Assembly: GCA_017521245.1 (NCBI GenBank)
Contig: JAFXDI010000001.1
Span: 227,178-291,177, forward strand
Reading direction: 5' to 3'
Source of the DNA: Bacteroidales bacterium
GTDB lineage: Bacteria; Bacteroidota; Bacteroidia; Bacteroidales; G3-4614
Length of the DNA stretch: 64,000 nucleotides
Shown: in pieces, positions 8,499 to 18,930 of the stretch
How the letters are laid out: the number at the start of each line of letters is the position of its first letter
Numbering within the stretch: the first letter of the stretch is position 1
Notes under the pieces: generated by a model
Seen by the model: only the letters and a program-made list of their open reading frames with translations
Told to the model about the DNA's origin: nothing
The model's database searches: none
Made by a program: the position numbers and the translations under genes

Positions 8499-10262
8499 AT
8501 GCTCTATCAAATTAAATTAGCGAAAAAGATATTTTTATTGGTGTTACTATTTCAAATAACATCAACAGTAACCCTTTTTGCTGATAACGGAGAGCAAAAC
8601 AATGATAAGATAACATATCTTTTGTTAGAGGCGCAACGTCTTGAGCAGACTCATAACCCGGACTCTCTTGTAGCTGCATTTGAAATGTTGAAAGCGGCCA
8701 TAAAAGATGACAACTTGAATCAGGACGCAAGATTTAAACTCTCATCATATTATTACAAGATGAATATGCCCGACAAATATTATGATAATATATTGAAGGC
8801 GGCATATTCTGACACCACAAACTATTACTATAACATAGTAGCGGCAGATAATGCACAAAAAATTGGGGATTACGAAATGGCTACGGAGATATATGAGAGA
8901 TTAATCCGAAACTATCCCAATGATGAGAGCCTCTATACAATGATGGCAAATCTCTATTTAGAACAAGCAAATATTGAAAAAGCCATAGAGTGTTACAATA
9001 AGGTTGAACGATTGACTGACAACACGGAGTATGCTGCATTTGCAAGAGCAGATGTATATCTCTATTTAAAACAATACGACAAAGCCGCCTCTGAATTTAA
9101 GCGTCTGTTAAAAAACGATTCCACCAATATAACCTATCTATTATCTCTGTCGCAACTCTATATCCAAATAGATAGTCTTACACAAGCAAAAACCTATATC
9201 AGCAAAGCAAAAGATGCAGGAGCAGGTTGTGAGATATCGTTATATGATTTAGAGTATTACAAGGCTCAGAATAACAATGATAGTGCAAAAATATCAATGT
9301 CTCAGGTGTTGAGTTGTCCCGATATAGTATATAGTGCAAAAAAAGAGATATTGCGAGAATATATATCAGGCATTTTAGATAATAATGAAAAACTCAATTC
9401 ATCATACGAAGAACTACAAGCTGATTTAAAAAATACCGATTCTCTATTTAAATATTTGATAGAGGAGAATCCTCGCGAAACATTTATAAAGATGCTCTAT
9501 GCTGAGGTTTTACAGATGCAACAAAGATATTCTGAAGCAATAGAGCAGTGCCATTCAGCACTCTATATTTCGCCATCAGATATGGATATTCATCGACAAT
9601 TAATAAGAATGTTAGCATTCTCTAAAAACTATGAAGCAATGAATATTGCAGTAGAGAATGCATCGGAGTATGCCGATTCAACATTTATATTAGAATCTTC
9701 AGCATACTACTATTCAACTCAACAAGTCGAAAAGGCTATATCGGAGTTAAACTCTGCGGCACAAAAATACAGTTCACCGCTATTCCTTTCACAAATATAC
9801 TCTACAATAGCAGATATATATTTTAATGAAGGGGAGAAATATTTACCAGAGAAATACTATAAATTGTCGTTAGAGTATAATCCAGACAATACAATGACAC
9901 TCAACAATTATGCCTACTATTTAGCACAAACAGGAGGAGATCTCTCATTGGCAGAGAATATGAGTGCCAGAACCATTAAAGAAAAACCCGATGATCCAAC
10001 ATATCTCGATACATACGCATGGATATACTTCAAACAAGGGAAATATCTCTTTGCTGAGTTATATATAAAAAATGCAATGGATAAAGGAGGACGAAATAAT
10101 CCTGAGGTTGTAGAACATTATGGCGATATATTATATCATCAAGGAAAAGTTGAAGATGCGCTTGTGCAATGGCAAGAGGCATTAGAGATGAACAAAACCT
10201 TAGGTAATGATAAAGCGATTCTTAAACAGAAAATTGAAAAGAAAACTTATATCAAAGAGTGA
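8499..10262 (+). CDS. Tetratricopeptide-repeat protein with an N-terminal signal/anchor
   Basis: Multiple TPR-like A/Y/L periodicities are visible (e.g. YNPDNTMTLNNYAYYLAQ). The gene is tightly coupled to dut and to the next gene. Confidence 0.7.
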   Translation: MLYQIKLAKKIFLLVLLFQITSTVTLFADNGEQNNDKITYLLLEAQRLEQTHNPDSLVAAFEMLKAAIKDDNLNQDARFKLSSYYYKMNMPDKYYDNILKAAYSDTTNYYYNIVAADNAQKIGDYEMATEIYERLIRNYPNDESLYTMMANLYLEQANIEKAIECYNKVERLTDNTEYAAFARADVYLYLKQYDKAASEFKRLLKNDSTNITYLLSLSQLYIQIDSLTQAKTYISKAKDAGAGCEISLYDLEYYKAQNNNDSAKISMSQVLSCPDIVYSAKKEILREYISGILDNNEKLNSSYEELQADLKNTDSLFKYLIEENPRETFIKMLYAEVLQMQQRYSEAIEQCHSALYISPSDMDIHRQLIRMLAFSKNYEAMNIAVENASEYADSTFILESSAYYYSTQQVEKAISELNSAAQKYSSPLFLSQIYSTIADIYFNEGEKYLPEKYYKLSLEYNPDNTMTLNNYAYYLAQTGGDLSLAENMSARTIKEKPDDPTYLDTYAWIYFKQGKYLFAELYIKNAMDKGGRNNPEVVEHYGDILYHQGKVEDALVQWQEALEMNKTLGNDKAILKQKIEKKTYIKE

Positions 10263-11080
10263 TGAAAATTAGATATAAACACATATATATACTGCTACTG
10301 CTTATAGTTTTTTTAGTATCTTCGTGTCGAACAACAGATGAAATATCAATACCAGAACAAGAGACTAAGAAAAGTGAATTGTTAATATTTGAGAAGATAA
10401 TAGAGCAGCAACCACAATTTTCAACAGCAACAACAAAATGTAATGTTGCTATCGACAAATTGAGTTCAAAGGCTCAAATAAAGATGATAAACGGAGAGTA
10501 TATTCAAATATCTTTAACACCACTATTAGGAATAGAGGTATTTAGGATAACAATGACTCAAGACTCAATTTATGTAATTGACAAAATAAATTCACAGGTA
10601 GCAGAAGAACCCCTTGCTTCAGTAAAAAAATATCTTCCACAAGGAGTAGGTATAAAAGAGTTACAAAAAATAATATTGGGAGTTCCATTTCTTGTTGCCG
10701 ATACGCTAACAAACAATAAATATAAAAAATTTGAATGGAATAGAACTCCAGAAACAGTTCAAATGCAAAGTGTATTAGATAAGTCGGCATCAATTATGTT
10801 CTCAAACAATTTAGAAGGAGTATTGCAATCAACAACCATTGAGTATAATGCAAAACCAATAGTGGAATTTAAATATACCTCTCACAAACCCGATGCTCAA
10901 GCAAAGTTACGACCATCACAAATTAAAGTATGGTCAAATATTCCGCAATTAGGTATGCCCATATCGGCAACAATAAGTGGTATGTCAGTTGAGTGGAATA
11001 AAAGAGTAGTAAAAGATACAAAAATCTCATCACGTTATAAACGAGTCTCATTAAGTCAACTATTAGGGAACTATTTTTAA
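10262..11080 (+). CDS. Conserved Bacteroidota lipoprotein (DUF4292-like)
   Basis: A signal peptide plus lipobox (LLLLIVFLVSSC) is present. The ATG at 10262 overlaps the upstream TGA (tgATGa). The family assignment comes from my recollection of the dut-TPR-DUF4292-M23 synteny. Confidence 0.55.
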   Translation: MKIRYKHIYILLLLIVFLVSSCRTTDEISIPEQETKKSELLIFEKIIEQQPQFSTATTKCNVAIDKLSSKAQIKMINGEYIQISLTPLLGIEVFRITMTQDSIYVIDKINSQVAEEPLASVKKYLPQGVGIKELQKIILGVPFLVADTLTNNKYKKFEWNRTPETVQMQSVLDKSASIMFSNNLEGVLQSTTIEYNAKPIVEFKYTSHKPDAQAKLRPSQIKVWSNIPQLGMPISATISGMSVEWNKRVVKDTKISSRYKRVSLSQLLGNYF

Positions 11081-11081
11081 T

Positions 11082-12305
11082 ATGATATTCAGGGTAATAA
11101 TCTTTCTGTTAGCATTTGTAATAGCAACACCAACTGTGAGTGCTGCATCAACAAATGTAAAAACTCTTAAAGAACAAAAGAGTAAGGCAGATAAACAAGT
11201 AGCAAATACAAATAAAAAACTAAAGGCAGCGCAACGCGAAGCAAAAAAATCACTATCTGCTTTAAATGAAATATCTGCCGAGATAAAGACGCAGAATAGA
11301 GCAATAAATAAACTCAATAACGAAATAAGCCGATTGCGCAGAGAGGAGAATGCTTTAACTCGTGAAATAGAGCTTGCCGAAAAAGAGATAAAAGCAAAGA
11401 AAGACGACTATGCTAAGTCAATGCAGAGCCTATATCGAAAAAACTCAGGGCAGGATATATTTATATTTCTTTTCTCTGCCAACTCGTTTAAACAAGCAAT
11501 GCGAAGAGCAAGATATTTAAAGGAGTTCTCAGCATGGCGAAAAACACAAGCATTAGAGATTACCGAACATCAACAAAAGTTGGAGAAGAAGCGTGAAGAG
11601 TTACGAGAATTGCGTGAAGAAAAAAACAAAATAGTATTGCAACGAACAACTGAGACGAATAAACTTAAAACTCAGGAGCAGAAACAAAAACAGATAGTAA
11701 ATAAAGCTAAGAAAAACGAAAAGGCTCTACGTAAAGAGTTGGAGAAGCAGAAAAAACAAGCAGCGGAGTTAAATCGTAAAATAGAGCAATTAATAGCAGA
11801 GGAGGCACGACGCTCATCGTCATCGTCATCATCAGCAGGTGGCTCATATAGCGGTTATAAGATGACAAAAGATGAGCAGAAATTGGCTACAAATTTTGAG
11901 CAAAACAAAGGTAAATTGCCAATGCCATTATCTGGTAAATATAAGATAGTTGGTCATTACGGAACGCAACAACACTCTGAGTTAAAATATGTTCAGGTAA
12001 ACAATAGTGGAATAGTAATTAAAACAATACCGGGAACATCGGCACGAAGTGTTTTTGATGGAGTAGTAACCCGTATATTTGTAATGCCGGGATACAATAG
12101 TTGTGTGATTGTCCGACATGGAAACTATCTAACCATCTATTCAAACCTTAAAGAGGTATATGTAAAAACTGGCGACAAGGTAAAAACACGCCAAGCAATA
12201 GGAAAGATATATTCAGATATTGAAGATGACAATGCAACACTATTGCACTTCCAGATATGGAAAGAGACAAATAAATTGAATCCGGAAACGTGGTTAGGAG
12301 ATTAA
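11082..12305 (+). CDS. Peptidase M23 family / EnvC-like murein hydrolase activator with a long coiled coil
   Basis: A signal peptide is followed by a K/E-rich coiled coil of about 230 aa and a poly-Ser linker. The C-terminal LytM-type domain reads GIVIKT...RHGNYLTIYSNL...LHFQIW. Confidence 0.85.
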   Translation: MIFRVIIFLLAFVIATPTVSAASTNVKTLKEQKSKADKQVANTNKKLKAAQREAKKSLSALNEISAEIKTQNRAINKLNNEISRLRREENALTREIELAEKEIKAKKDDYAKSMQSLYRKNSGQDIFIFLFSANSFKQAMRRARYLKEFSAWRKTQALEITEHQQKLEKKREELRELREEKNKIVLQRTTETNKLKTQEQKQKQIVNKAKKNEKALRKELEKQKKQAAELNRKIEQLIAEEARRSSSSSSSAGGSYSGYKMTKDEQKLATNFEQNKGKLPMPLSGKYKIVGHYGTQQHSELKYVQVNNSGIVIKTIPGTSARSVFDGVVTRIFVMPGYNSCVIVRHGNYLTIYSNLKEVYVKTGDKVKTRQAIGKIYSDIEDDNATLLHFQIWKETNKLNPETWLGD

Positions 12306-12311
12306 ACGGAT

Positions 12312-13253
12312 ATGAATACCATAATATGTAAACGATACAACTCCTCATTTGCATCAGAGTGGGATAGAGTAGTAGAGGAGTCACGTAATGGAACATTTTT
12401 GTTTAAGCGAAACTATCTCGATTATCACTCAGATAGATTTCGTGATCACTCCCTGATGTTTGAATTAGGAGGAGAAATTGTTGCACTATTTCCAGCCAAC
12501 CAAAAAAAAGAGATAATCTATTCTCATCAAGGATTAACATACGGAGGGGTTATAATGACTTCGCGTTGTAAAGGAGCATTGGTGCTTGAAATTTTTGAGA
12601 AGATGATAGGATATTATCGTGCTAATGGAATAAAAGAGATTATCTATAAACCTGTACCGCACATATATCATATTAAACCTTCTGAAGAAGATATATATGC
12701 TTTGTATAGATATAAAGCAGAACTCTATTCGTGCGGAATATCATCAACCGTAGATCTTACACAAGAGGTCTGTTTCAACTCTTTAAGAACAAGAGGTATA
12801 AAAAAAGCATTGACAAACAATATTGAGATAAAGGAAGAGTTTAATTTTGCTCCTTTTTGGGAAATGCTAACCCAAAATTTACAACAACGTCACTCAGTAT
12901 CCCCTGTGCATACACTCAAAGAGATAGAAATGTTAAGGGATCGTTTTCCTGAAAATATCCGACTATACACCGCTACACAATCCAATGAGTTATTAGCAGG
13001 AGTAGTAATATATGAAACGCCAATGTGTATTCACTCTCAATATATAGCCTCATCGCAGAAAGGGAGGGATATGTCAGCATTAGATCTGCTCTTTTCAAAT
13101 CTTATAAAAGAGCGTTACAAAGAGTATAGATATTTTGATTTTGGAATATCAACCGAATCAAACGGAGAGATACTTAACGAAGGATTACTATCTCAGAAAG
13201 AGGGCTTTGGAGCAACGGCTACAATATACAATTCGTATAAAATAACACTCTAA
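12312..13253 (+). CDS. FemAB-like / GNAT-fold acyltransferase family protein
   Basis: At 313 aa it shows a two-lobed pattern and resembles proteins annotated as GNAT family (Acetyltransf_6, FemAB-like). The assignment is from memory only. Confidence 0.45.
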   Translation: MNTIICKRYNSSFASEWDRVVEESRNGTFLFKRNYLDYHSDRFRDHSLMFELGGEIVALFPANQKKEIIYSHQGLTYGGVIMTSRCKGALVLEIFEKMIGYYRANGIKEIIYKPVPHIYHIKPSEEDIYALYRYKAELYSCGISSTVDLTQEVCFNSLRTRGIKKALTNNIEIKEEFNFAPFWEMLTQNLQQRHSVSPVHTLKEIEMLRDRFPENIRLYTATQSNELLAGVVIYETPMCIHSQYIASSQKGRDMSALDLLFSNLIKERYKEYRYFDFGISTESNGEILNEGLLSQKEGFGATATIYNSYKITL

Positions 13254-13261
13254 AAATATCC

Positions 13262-14701
13262 ATGTCCGAAAAAAATAGCATATATAAAAGAATAGTTAAT
13301 GCAACCTCCCTTTTTGGAGGAGTGCAGGTGATAAATATGCTATGCTCCTTAATCCGAAATAAAGTAATAGCAATACTGCTTGGAGCCGAAGGCGTTGGAC
13401 TAATAGGTCTGTTTAATAGTGCAATAGAGATGGTCTCTTCGATGACCAATTTAGGCCTGCGTCAAAGTTCGGTGAGAGATATCTCTTCGGCATATAATAC
13501 CACCACAGAAAAGTTTAAAAAAATAGCAGGAGTAGTCCGTAAACTCTCTCTTGTTTTAGGACTTCTGGGTGCTATGGTGTTTATTGGAGCAGCACCGCTT
13601 TTAAGCAAGATAACATTCGGAACAGATAAAAATCTATGGAGTTTTGTTATTCTGTCAGCAGCACTATTGTTTAATGCCTTGTCATCAGGCGAACAAGCAA
13701 TATTGCAGGGTAGCGAAAAACTGAAAACCTTTGCCAAATCAACAGTAGCGGCCAGTGTAGTATCGTTAATTTTCTCACTTCCTTTGTACTATATATTTAG
13801 AATAGAAGGAGTAGTACCATCATTGTTGCTGACTTCCATATTTGCCTTCTCATTTAATTATTTGGCATCTCGAAAAGAGAAAATAGGAACAGAAAAAGTC
13901 TCTGTAAAAACAGCCTTTAAAGAGGGAAGTCCAATGTTAAAGTTAGGAATATATATGACTATTAGTGGGTTTATGACAACATTATTGAACTATATACTAA
14001 TAGCATGGATGAATAACTACTCAACAATGACCGAAGTTGGATATTATCAAGCAGGATTTACCCTTGTAACACGATATGTAGGAATGGTATTTGTGGCAAT
14101 GTCAACAGAGTATTATCCTCGATTGTCAAAGGTACAAAGCGATAATAGTCAAGTTTCGCTTCAGGTATCACGACAAATGGAGAGTTCAATCTTGATGTTG
14201 CTTCCAATTATAGCACTATTCCTATTGTTTCAAGATTGGATAATAGAACTCCTGTATTCGCCACAATTTGCAGTTGTATCAGCCTATGTGGGATGGGCAA
14301 TCCCGGGAGTACTATTTAAAGCAATATCATGGTCGTTAGGTTTTATACTATTGGCAAAGGGAGAGGGAAAACTATTCTTAATAACAGAACTTATATCCGA
14401 CGTAACAACATTGGTAATCAGTGTATTGTTGTATCTAATGTTAGGTCTTGAGGGATTGGGAATTGCCTATACCATTAACTTTGCAATATACACAACCTAT
14501 ATGTGGGTAATATGTAAAAAACGATATTGTTTTATCCCCGAAAGAACATTCTATTCGGTCTCTTTGATAGCATTTGTTTTAGTCTATACGCAAGCAATAA
14601 TAGTGAACTTTGAGATATCAAGCTATGTTATACCATCCATTCTCTCTGTTATAGCAATACTCTTCTCATCTGCTGTGCTTTATAAGAGGCTAAAAGCATA
14701 G
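13262..14701 (+). CDS. Polysaccharide/oligosaccharide flippase (Wzx/MOP superfamily)
   Basis: At 479 aa it has about 12-14 hydrophobic helices. The N-terminus (GGVQVINMLCSLIRNKVIAILLG..G.G) is typical of O-antigen translocases. Confidence 0.7.
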   Translation: MSEKNSIYKRIVNATSLFGGVQVINMLCSLIRNKVIAILLGAEGVGLIGLFNSAIEMVSSMTNLGLRQSSVRDISSAYNTTTEKFKKIAGVVRKLSLVLGLLGAMVFIGAAPLLSKITFGTDKNLWSFVILSAALLFNALSSGEQAILQGSEKLKTFAKSTVAASVVSLIFSLPLYYIFRIEGVVPSLLLTSIFAFSFNYLASRKEKIGTEKVSVKTAFKEGSPMLKLGIYMTISGFMTTLLNYILIAWMNNYSTMTEVGYYQAGFTLVTRYVGMVFVAMSTEYYPRLSKVQSDNSQVSLQVSRQMESSILMLLPIIALFLLFQDWIIELLYSPQFAVVSAYVGWAIPGVLFKAISWSLGFILLAKGEGKLFLITELISDVTTLVISVLLYLMLGLEGLGIAYTINFAIYTTYMWVICKKRYCFIPERTFYSVSLIAFVLVYTQAIIVNFEISSYVIPSILSVIAILFSSAVLYKRLKA

Positions 14702-14814
14702 AGATACTTTTCACTGAAATACCTCAAATAGTGATAACTATCGGTTATAATTAAAGTTATCAACAATTAACTCAATTTTTTATATATAAAACAGAATATT
14801 TCTCAAAAAAACAT

Positions 14815-14822
14815 TATATTTG
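14815..14822 (+). promoter_or_regulatory. Candidate -7 box TATATTTG for the dnaN operon
   Basis: The sequence acattatatttgc lies about 74 nt upstream of the dnaN ATG. Confidence 0.4.
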
Positions 14823-14895
14823 CTTTTGTATGCCTTATGTTTTAGCAAAAAGGCAATTGGTTGAATATAAGTAAAATAAATAAAAAATAAGAATT

Positions 14896-16023
14896 ATGAA
14901 ATTTGTAGTATCAAGTTCTTCACTATTGTTTCATTTACAAACAGTTGGAAGAGTAATCAGTTCAAAAAACACAATCTCTATATTAGAGAACTTTTTGTTT
15001 AATTTGTCAGGAGATAAATTAACAGTAACAGCCTCTGACCAAGAGACAACAATGACCACATCAATTGAGGTTCAAGAGTCAGAAGGAAGCGGATTGTTTG
15101 CAGTATCAGCAAAAATGTTATTAGACTCGTTAAAAGAGTTGCCCGATCAACCATTAGCATTTGAAATCAATGATGAGACTTTAGACATATTACTATACTT
15201 CCAAAATGGTAAATTTAACTTTGTAGGAATAAACGGAAGTGAATATCCACAAAGAGCACAATTAAGTGAGATAGCAAAAACAATATCAATGGATTCAAGT
15301 GCATTGTTAAAAGGAATCAATAACACAGCATTTGCACTTGCCGATAACGATTTGCGTCCGGTGATGAGCGGTATCTATTTTGATGTTCACCCAGAATATG
15401 TAGTGTTTGTAGCATCAGATAGTCAAAAATTGGCATGTTTTAAAAATATGTCAGTTCAAACAGGACTTCAAACATCGTTTATTTTACCACGTAAACCGGC
15501 AGCGTTGTTAAAAAACATATTAGCAAAAGAGAGTGGCGATGTAACAATAACATTTGATGAGAAAAACGCATGTTTCAATCTTGAAAACTTCATTTTGAAT
15601 TGTCGCTTGATAGAGGGAAATTATCCAAAATATGCCTCTGTAATACCACAAAACAATCCAAGTCAATTAATAATTGACCGTTCTATATTTACAACATCAT
15701 TACGTCGTACGGCAATATTTTCAGACCAAGCAAGTAGTTTGGTAAAATTACAATTATCTCCCGATAAACTTATCGTATCAGCAAAAAATACCTCTTTTGC
15801 AACATCTGCCGAAGAGAGTGTAGCATGTAGTTATACAGGAGATACAATGAATATTGGATTTAGTGCCAACTATCTAATAGAGATATTGAACAATATGTCA
15901 TCACAAGAGGTTTCAATACAACTATCTGATCCTTCAAGAGCAGGAGTTATTGTGCCAATGCAAAATGATGAGAACGAAGATATGTTGGTATTGTTGATGC
16001 CTATAATGTTAAACGACTTTTAA
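14896..16023 (+). CDS. dnaN: DNA polymerase III beta sliding clamp
   Basis: At 375 aa it begins MKF.VS...L and has a three-domain clamp pattern (LRPVMSGIYFD, NYLIEIL). Confidence 0.93.
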   Translation: MKFVVSSSSLLFHLQTVGRVISSKNTISILENFLFNLSGDKLTVTASDQETTMTTSIEVQESEGSGLFAVSAKMLLDSLKELPDQPLAFEINDETLDILLYFQNGKFNFVGINGSEYPQRAQLSEIAKTISMDSSALLKGINNTAFALADNDLRPVMSGIYFDVHPEYVVFVASDSQKLACFKNMSVQTGLQTSFILPRKPAALLKNILAKESGDVTITFDEKNACFNLENFILNCRLIEGNYPKYASVIPQNNPSQLIIDRSIFTTSLRRTAIFSDQASSLVKLQLSPDKLIVSAKNTSFATSAEESVACSYTGDTMNIGFSANYLIEILNNMSSQEVSIQLSDPSRAGVIVPMQNDENEDMLVLLMPIMLNDF

Positions 16024-16044
16024 ATAGTAGGTTCGTAGAACGCA

Positions 16045-16821
16045 ATGGAACTTAATATCAAGAATCCGATAGTATTTTTCGATTTAGAAACAACGGGTCT
16101 TAACATTGCAACAGACCGAATAATTGAGATAAGTTATTTAAAAGTCTGGCCAAATGGTAAAGAGGAGAGTAAAACCCGAAGAATAAATCCAGAAATGCCA
16201 ATCCCACCACAAAGCACTGCTATACATGGAATAACAGATGCCGATGTAGCCGATTGCCCAACCTTTAAGGAGATAGCAAAAACCTTGGCAGCAGAGATAA
16301 AAGGTTGCGATTTAGCAGGGTACAATTCAAGTCGATTTGATGTGCCGCTTTTGGTTGAAGAGATGTTAAGAGCAGGAGTTGATTTTGATATATCAAAACG
16401 TAAGCAGATAGATGTACAAACAATATTTCACAAAATGGAGCAACGTACACTTACTGCTGCCTATAAGTTTTATTGCGACAAAGAACTCGATAATGCGCAC
16501 TCGGCACAAGCAGATACCCGAGCAACATACGAGGTGTTAAAATCACAATTAGAACGCTATCCTGATTTGCCTAACGATATGGCTGCATTGTCTGAATTTA
16601 CCACCTACAACAATAATCTCGATTTAGCGGGAAGAATAATTGTGGATGAACAAGGGCGAGCAATATTTAACTTCGGAAAGCACAAAGGGAAATTTGTATA
16701 TGATGTCTTTGCAACAGATTTAGGATTTTACGATTGGATGCAAAAGGGAGAGTTTACTCTTAACACAAAAAAAGTATTAACCAAATTGTATGCAGAGTAT
16801 CAACTAAAAAAGAGAGGTTGA
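16045..16821 (+). CDS. DEDDh 3'-5' exonuclease (DnaQ/epsilon-like)
   Basis: The Exo I motif FFDLETTG, Exo II motif GYNSSRFDVPLL and Exo III motif HSAQADTRAT are present. Confidence 0.85.
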   Translation: MELNIKNPIVFFDLETTGLNIATDRIIEISYLKVWPNGKEESKTRRINPEMPIPPQSTAIHGITDADVADCPTFKEIAKTLAAEIKGCDLAGYNSSRFDVPLLVEEMLRAGVDFDISKRKQIDVQTIFHKMEQRTLTAAYKFYCDKELDNAHSAQADTRATYEVLKSQLERYPDLPNDMAALSEFTTYNNNLDLAGRIIVDEQGRAIFNFGKHKGKFVYDVFATDLGFYDWMQKGEFTLNTKKVLTKLYAEYQLKKRG

Positions 16822-16823
16822 TA

Positions 16824-18017
16824 ATGTTAAAAGGTAAACATATAATTTTAGGGATTACAGGAAGTATAGCTGCATACAAAGCAGCATACCTAACCCGGTT
16901 GTTAATAAAAAAGGGAGCAGAGGTGCAGATCGTGATTACACCATCGGGCAAAGAGTTTATCACCCCTGTAACCCTTTCAGCATTAACAGGCAAACCAGTA
17001 GTTTCTGAGTTTTTCACTGCAAACACAGGGGAGTGGCATAGCCATGTCGATTTAGGCTTGTGGGCAGATGCAATGGTTATTGCACCGGCAACAGCCTCAA
17101 CCATAGCAAAAATGGCAACAGGAGTTGCAGACAATATGCTAATAACAACATATCTGTCGGCAAAAGCACCAGTATTTGTTGCTCCGGCAATGGATTTAGA
17201 TATGTATAAACACCCATCAACACAAAATAATCTAAAAACATTGCAGTCGTATGGTAACTACATAATAGAACCGGCATCAGGATTCTTAGCAAGTGGGCTC
17301 GAAGGTAAAGGACGTATGGAAGAACCCGAAAACATTGTAGCATACCTCGAAAAATTTTTTACCAAAGAGCAAAAGTTTGCAGGTAAAAAAGTTATGATAA
17401 CAGCAGGACCAACATACGAAAAAATTGACCCTGTTCGCTTTATAGGAAATAACTCAACAGGAAAAATGGGATATGCCATAGCCCAAGAGTTTGCCTCACA
17501 AGGAGCAGAAGTGACACTAATATCAGGGCCTGTAAATCTCTCGTGTGGTCAAGAGATAAAACGAATAGATGTTGTATCGGCAAAAGAGATGTGTAAAGTA
17601 TCGCAAGAGGAGTTTGTTGATGCTGATATTGCAATAATGTGTGCAGCAGTAGCCGACTATGCACCCAAAGAGTATAGTGCAACAAAAATAAAGCGAACAG
17701 GAGATTTAACCATAGAGTTGGTACCAAACCCTGATATCGCTGCAACTTTAGGAGAGATAAAAAAAGAGAATCAAATATTGGCAGGATTTGCACTCGAAAC
17801 AAACGATGAAGAGGCAAATGCACAATCCAAACTTAAGAAGAAAAATTTAGACTATATAGTATTAAACTCACTTGCCGACAAAGGAGCATGTTTTGGATAC
17901 GATACCAATAAGGTAACCATAATCGGCAAATCGGGGGAAAAAGAGAGTTATCCCTTAAAATCAAAAAGAGAGGTAGCAAAAGATATAGTTGAATACACAT
18001 ACAAACTATTAAAATAG
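16824..18017 (+). CDS. coaBC: Bifunctional phosphopantothenoylcysteine decarboxylase / phosphopantothenate-cysteine ligase
   Basis: The flavoprotein N-domain reads ILGITGSIAAYK and the CoaB domain reads ITAGPTYEKIDPVRFIGNNSTGKMG. I chose the ATG at 16824 because the track start at 16818 is a TTG. Confidence 0.93.
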   Translation: MLKGKHIILGITGSIAAYKAAYLTRLLIKKGAEVQIVITPSGKEFITPVTLSALTGKPVVSEFFTANTGEWHSHVDLGLWADAMVIAPATASTIAKMATGVADNMLITTYLSAKAPVFVAPAMDLDMYKHPSTQNNLKTLQSYGNYIIEPASGFLASGLEGKGRMEEPENIVAYLEKFFTKEQKFAGKKVMITAGPTYEKIDPVRFIGNNSTGKMGYAIAQEFASQGAEVTLISGPVNLSCGQEIKRIDVVSAKEMCKVSQEEFVDADIAIMCAAVADYAPKEYSATKIKRTGDLTIELVPNPDIAATLGEIKKENQILAGFALETNDEEANAQSKLKKKNLDYIVLNSLADKGACFGYDTNKVTIIGKSGEKESYPLKSKREVAKDIVEYTYKLLK

Positions 18018-18020
18018 CCA

Positions 18021-18929
18021 ATGCGTAAAATAATATCGTTCATATTTTTTTCTCTATTAGCAACTACTCTATATGCACAAGAATTGAATTGCAAAGTAAC
18101 AGTCAATTCAAGCAAAATAGAGAGTGCAGATACAGATTTGTTTCAAACTTTGGAGCAATCCATAACTGAATATATGAACGATAGAAAATGGAGTAATGCA
18201 CAAATAGCGGTAAATGAACGTATTGATTGCACAATATATATAACAGTAAATTCAGTAGAAGATACCCGTTATAATTGCGACATACAAATACAAGCAAGTC
18301 GTCCAGTCTATAATAGTAATTACACCACTACCACATTAAATTTTAAAGATACAGAGTGTAGTTTCACATACCAAGAGTACGAACCACTCATATATAACGA
18401 GAGTATGTTTGAGAATAACCTTACATGTATTCTCAACTTTTATGCCTATTTGATTTTAGGAATAGACTTTGACACTTTCGCTCCAAATGGAGGAGAACTC
18501 TTTTTTCGCCAGGCAGAAAAATTTGTGATGATGGGGCAAGGCTCACAAGAGGCTGGATGGGAAGCATTTGGAAGTAATCGCAACCGAGCAGCCATATTGG
18601 CAGGATTTACCGAAGAGCGAACAGCACCCTTTAGAGAACTCTTATACCTATATCATTTAAAAGGATTTGATGAAATGTCTGTTTCGGTAGATAAGGGACG
18701 CAAAGTAGTAACAGAGACAATAAAAAATCAATTAAAAAAGATATATGAGGATAACTCAATGTCTGTATTGTTGTCAATATTCAGAGACTCAAAATTAGAT
18801 GAATTAGTGAGTCTCTATTCTGAAGCACCCCAAACCGAACGAGAGGAAGTATATAAAATACTCTCCAACCTATATCCCACAGAGGAGCAACGCCTATCAC
18901 AACTACGCAAAGGAAAAGAGAACAGGTAA
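18021..18929 (+). CDS. Conserved Bacteroidota secreted protein (DUF4835-like)
   Basis: A signal peptide is present. The coaBC-X-recN position is the one I recall for the DUF4835 family. No catalytic motif was recognised. Confidence 0.45.
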   Translation: MRKIISFIFFSLLATTLYAQELNCKVTVNSSKIESADTDLFQTLEQSITEYMNDRKWSNAQIAVNERIDCTIYITVNSVEDTRYNCDIQIQASRPVYNSNYTTTTLNFKDTECSFTYQEYEPLIYNESMFENNLTCILNFYAYLILGIDFDTFAPNGGELFFRQAEKFVMMGQGSQEAGWEAFGSNRNRAAILAGFTEERTAPFRELLYLYHLKGFDEMSVSVDKGRKVVTETIKNQLKKIYEDNSMSVLLSIFRDSKLDELVSLYSEAPQTEREEVYKILSNLYPTEEQRLSQLRKGKENR

Positions 18930-18930
18930 T

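Noticed and set aside
14702-14895. The region upstream of dnaN could be the replication origin.
   Set aside because: I found no dnaA gene nearby. Scanning by eye, I found no TTATCCACA-type DnaA boxes in this or the neighbouring gaps.
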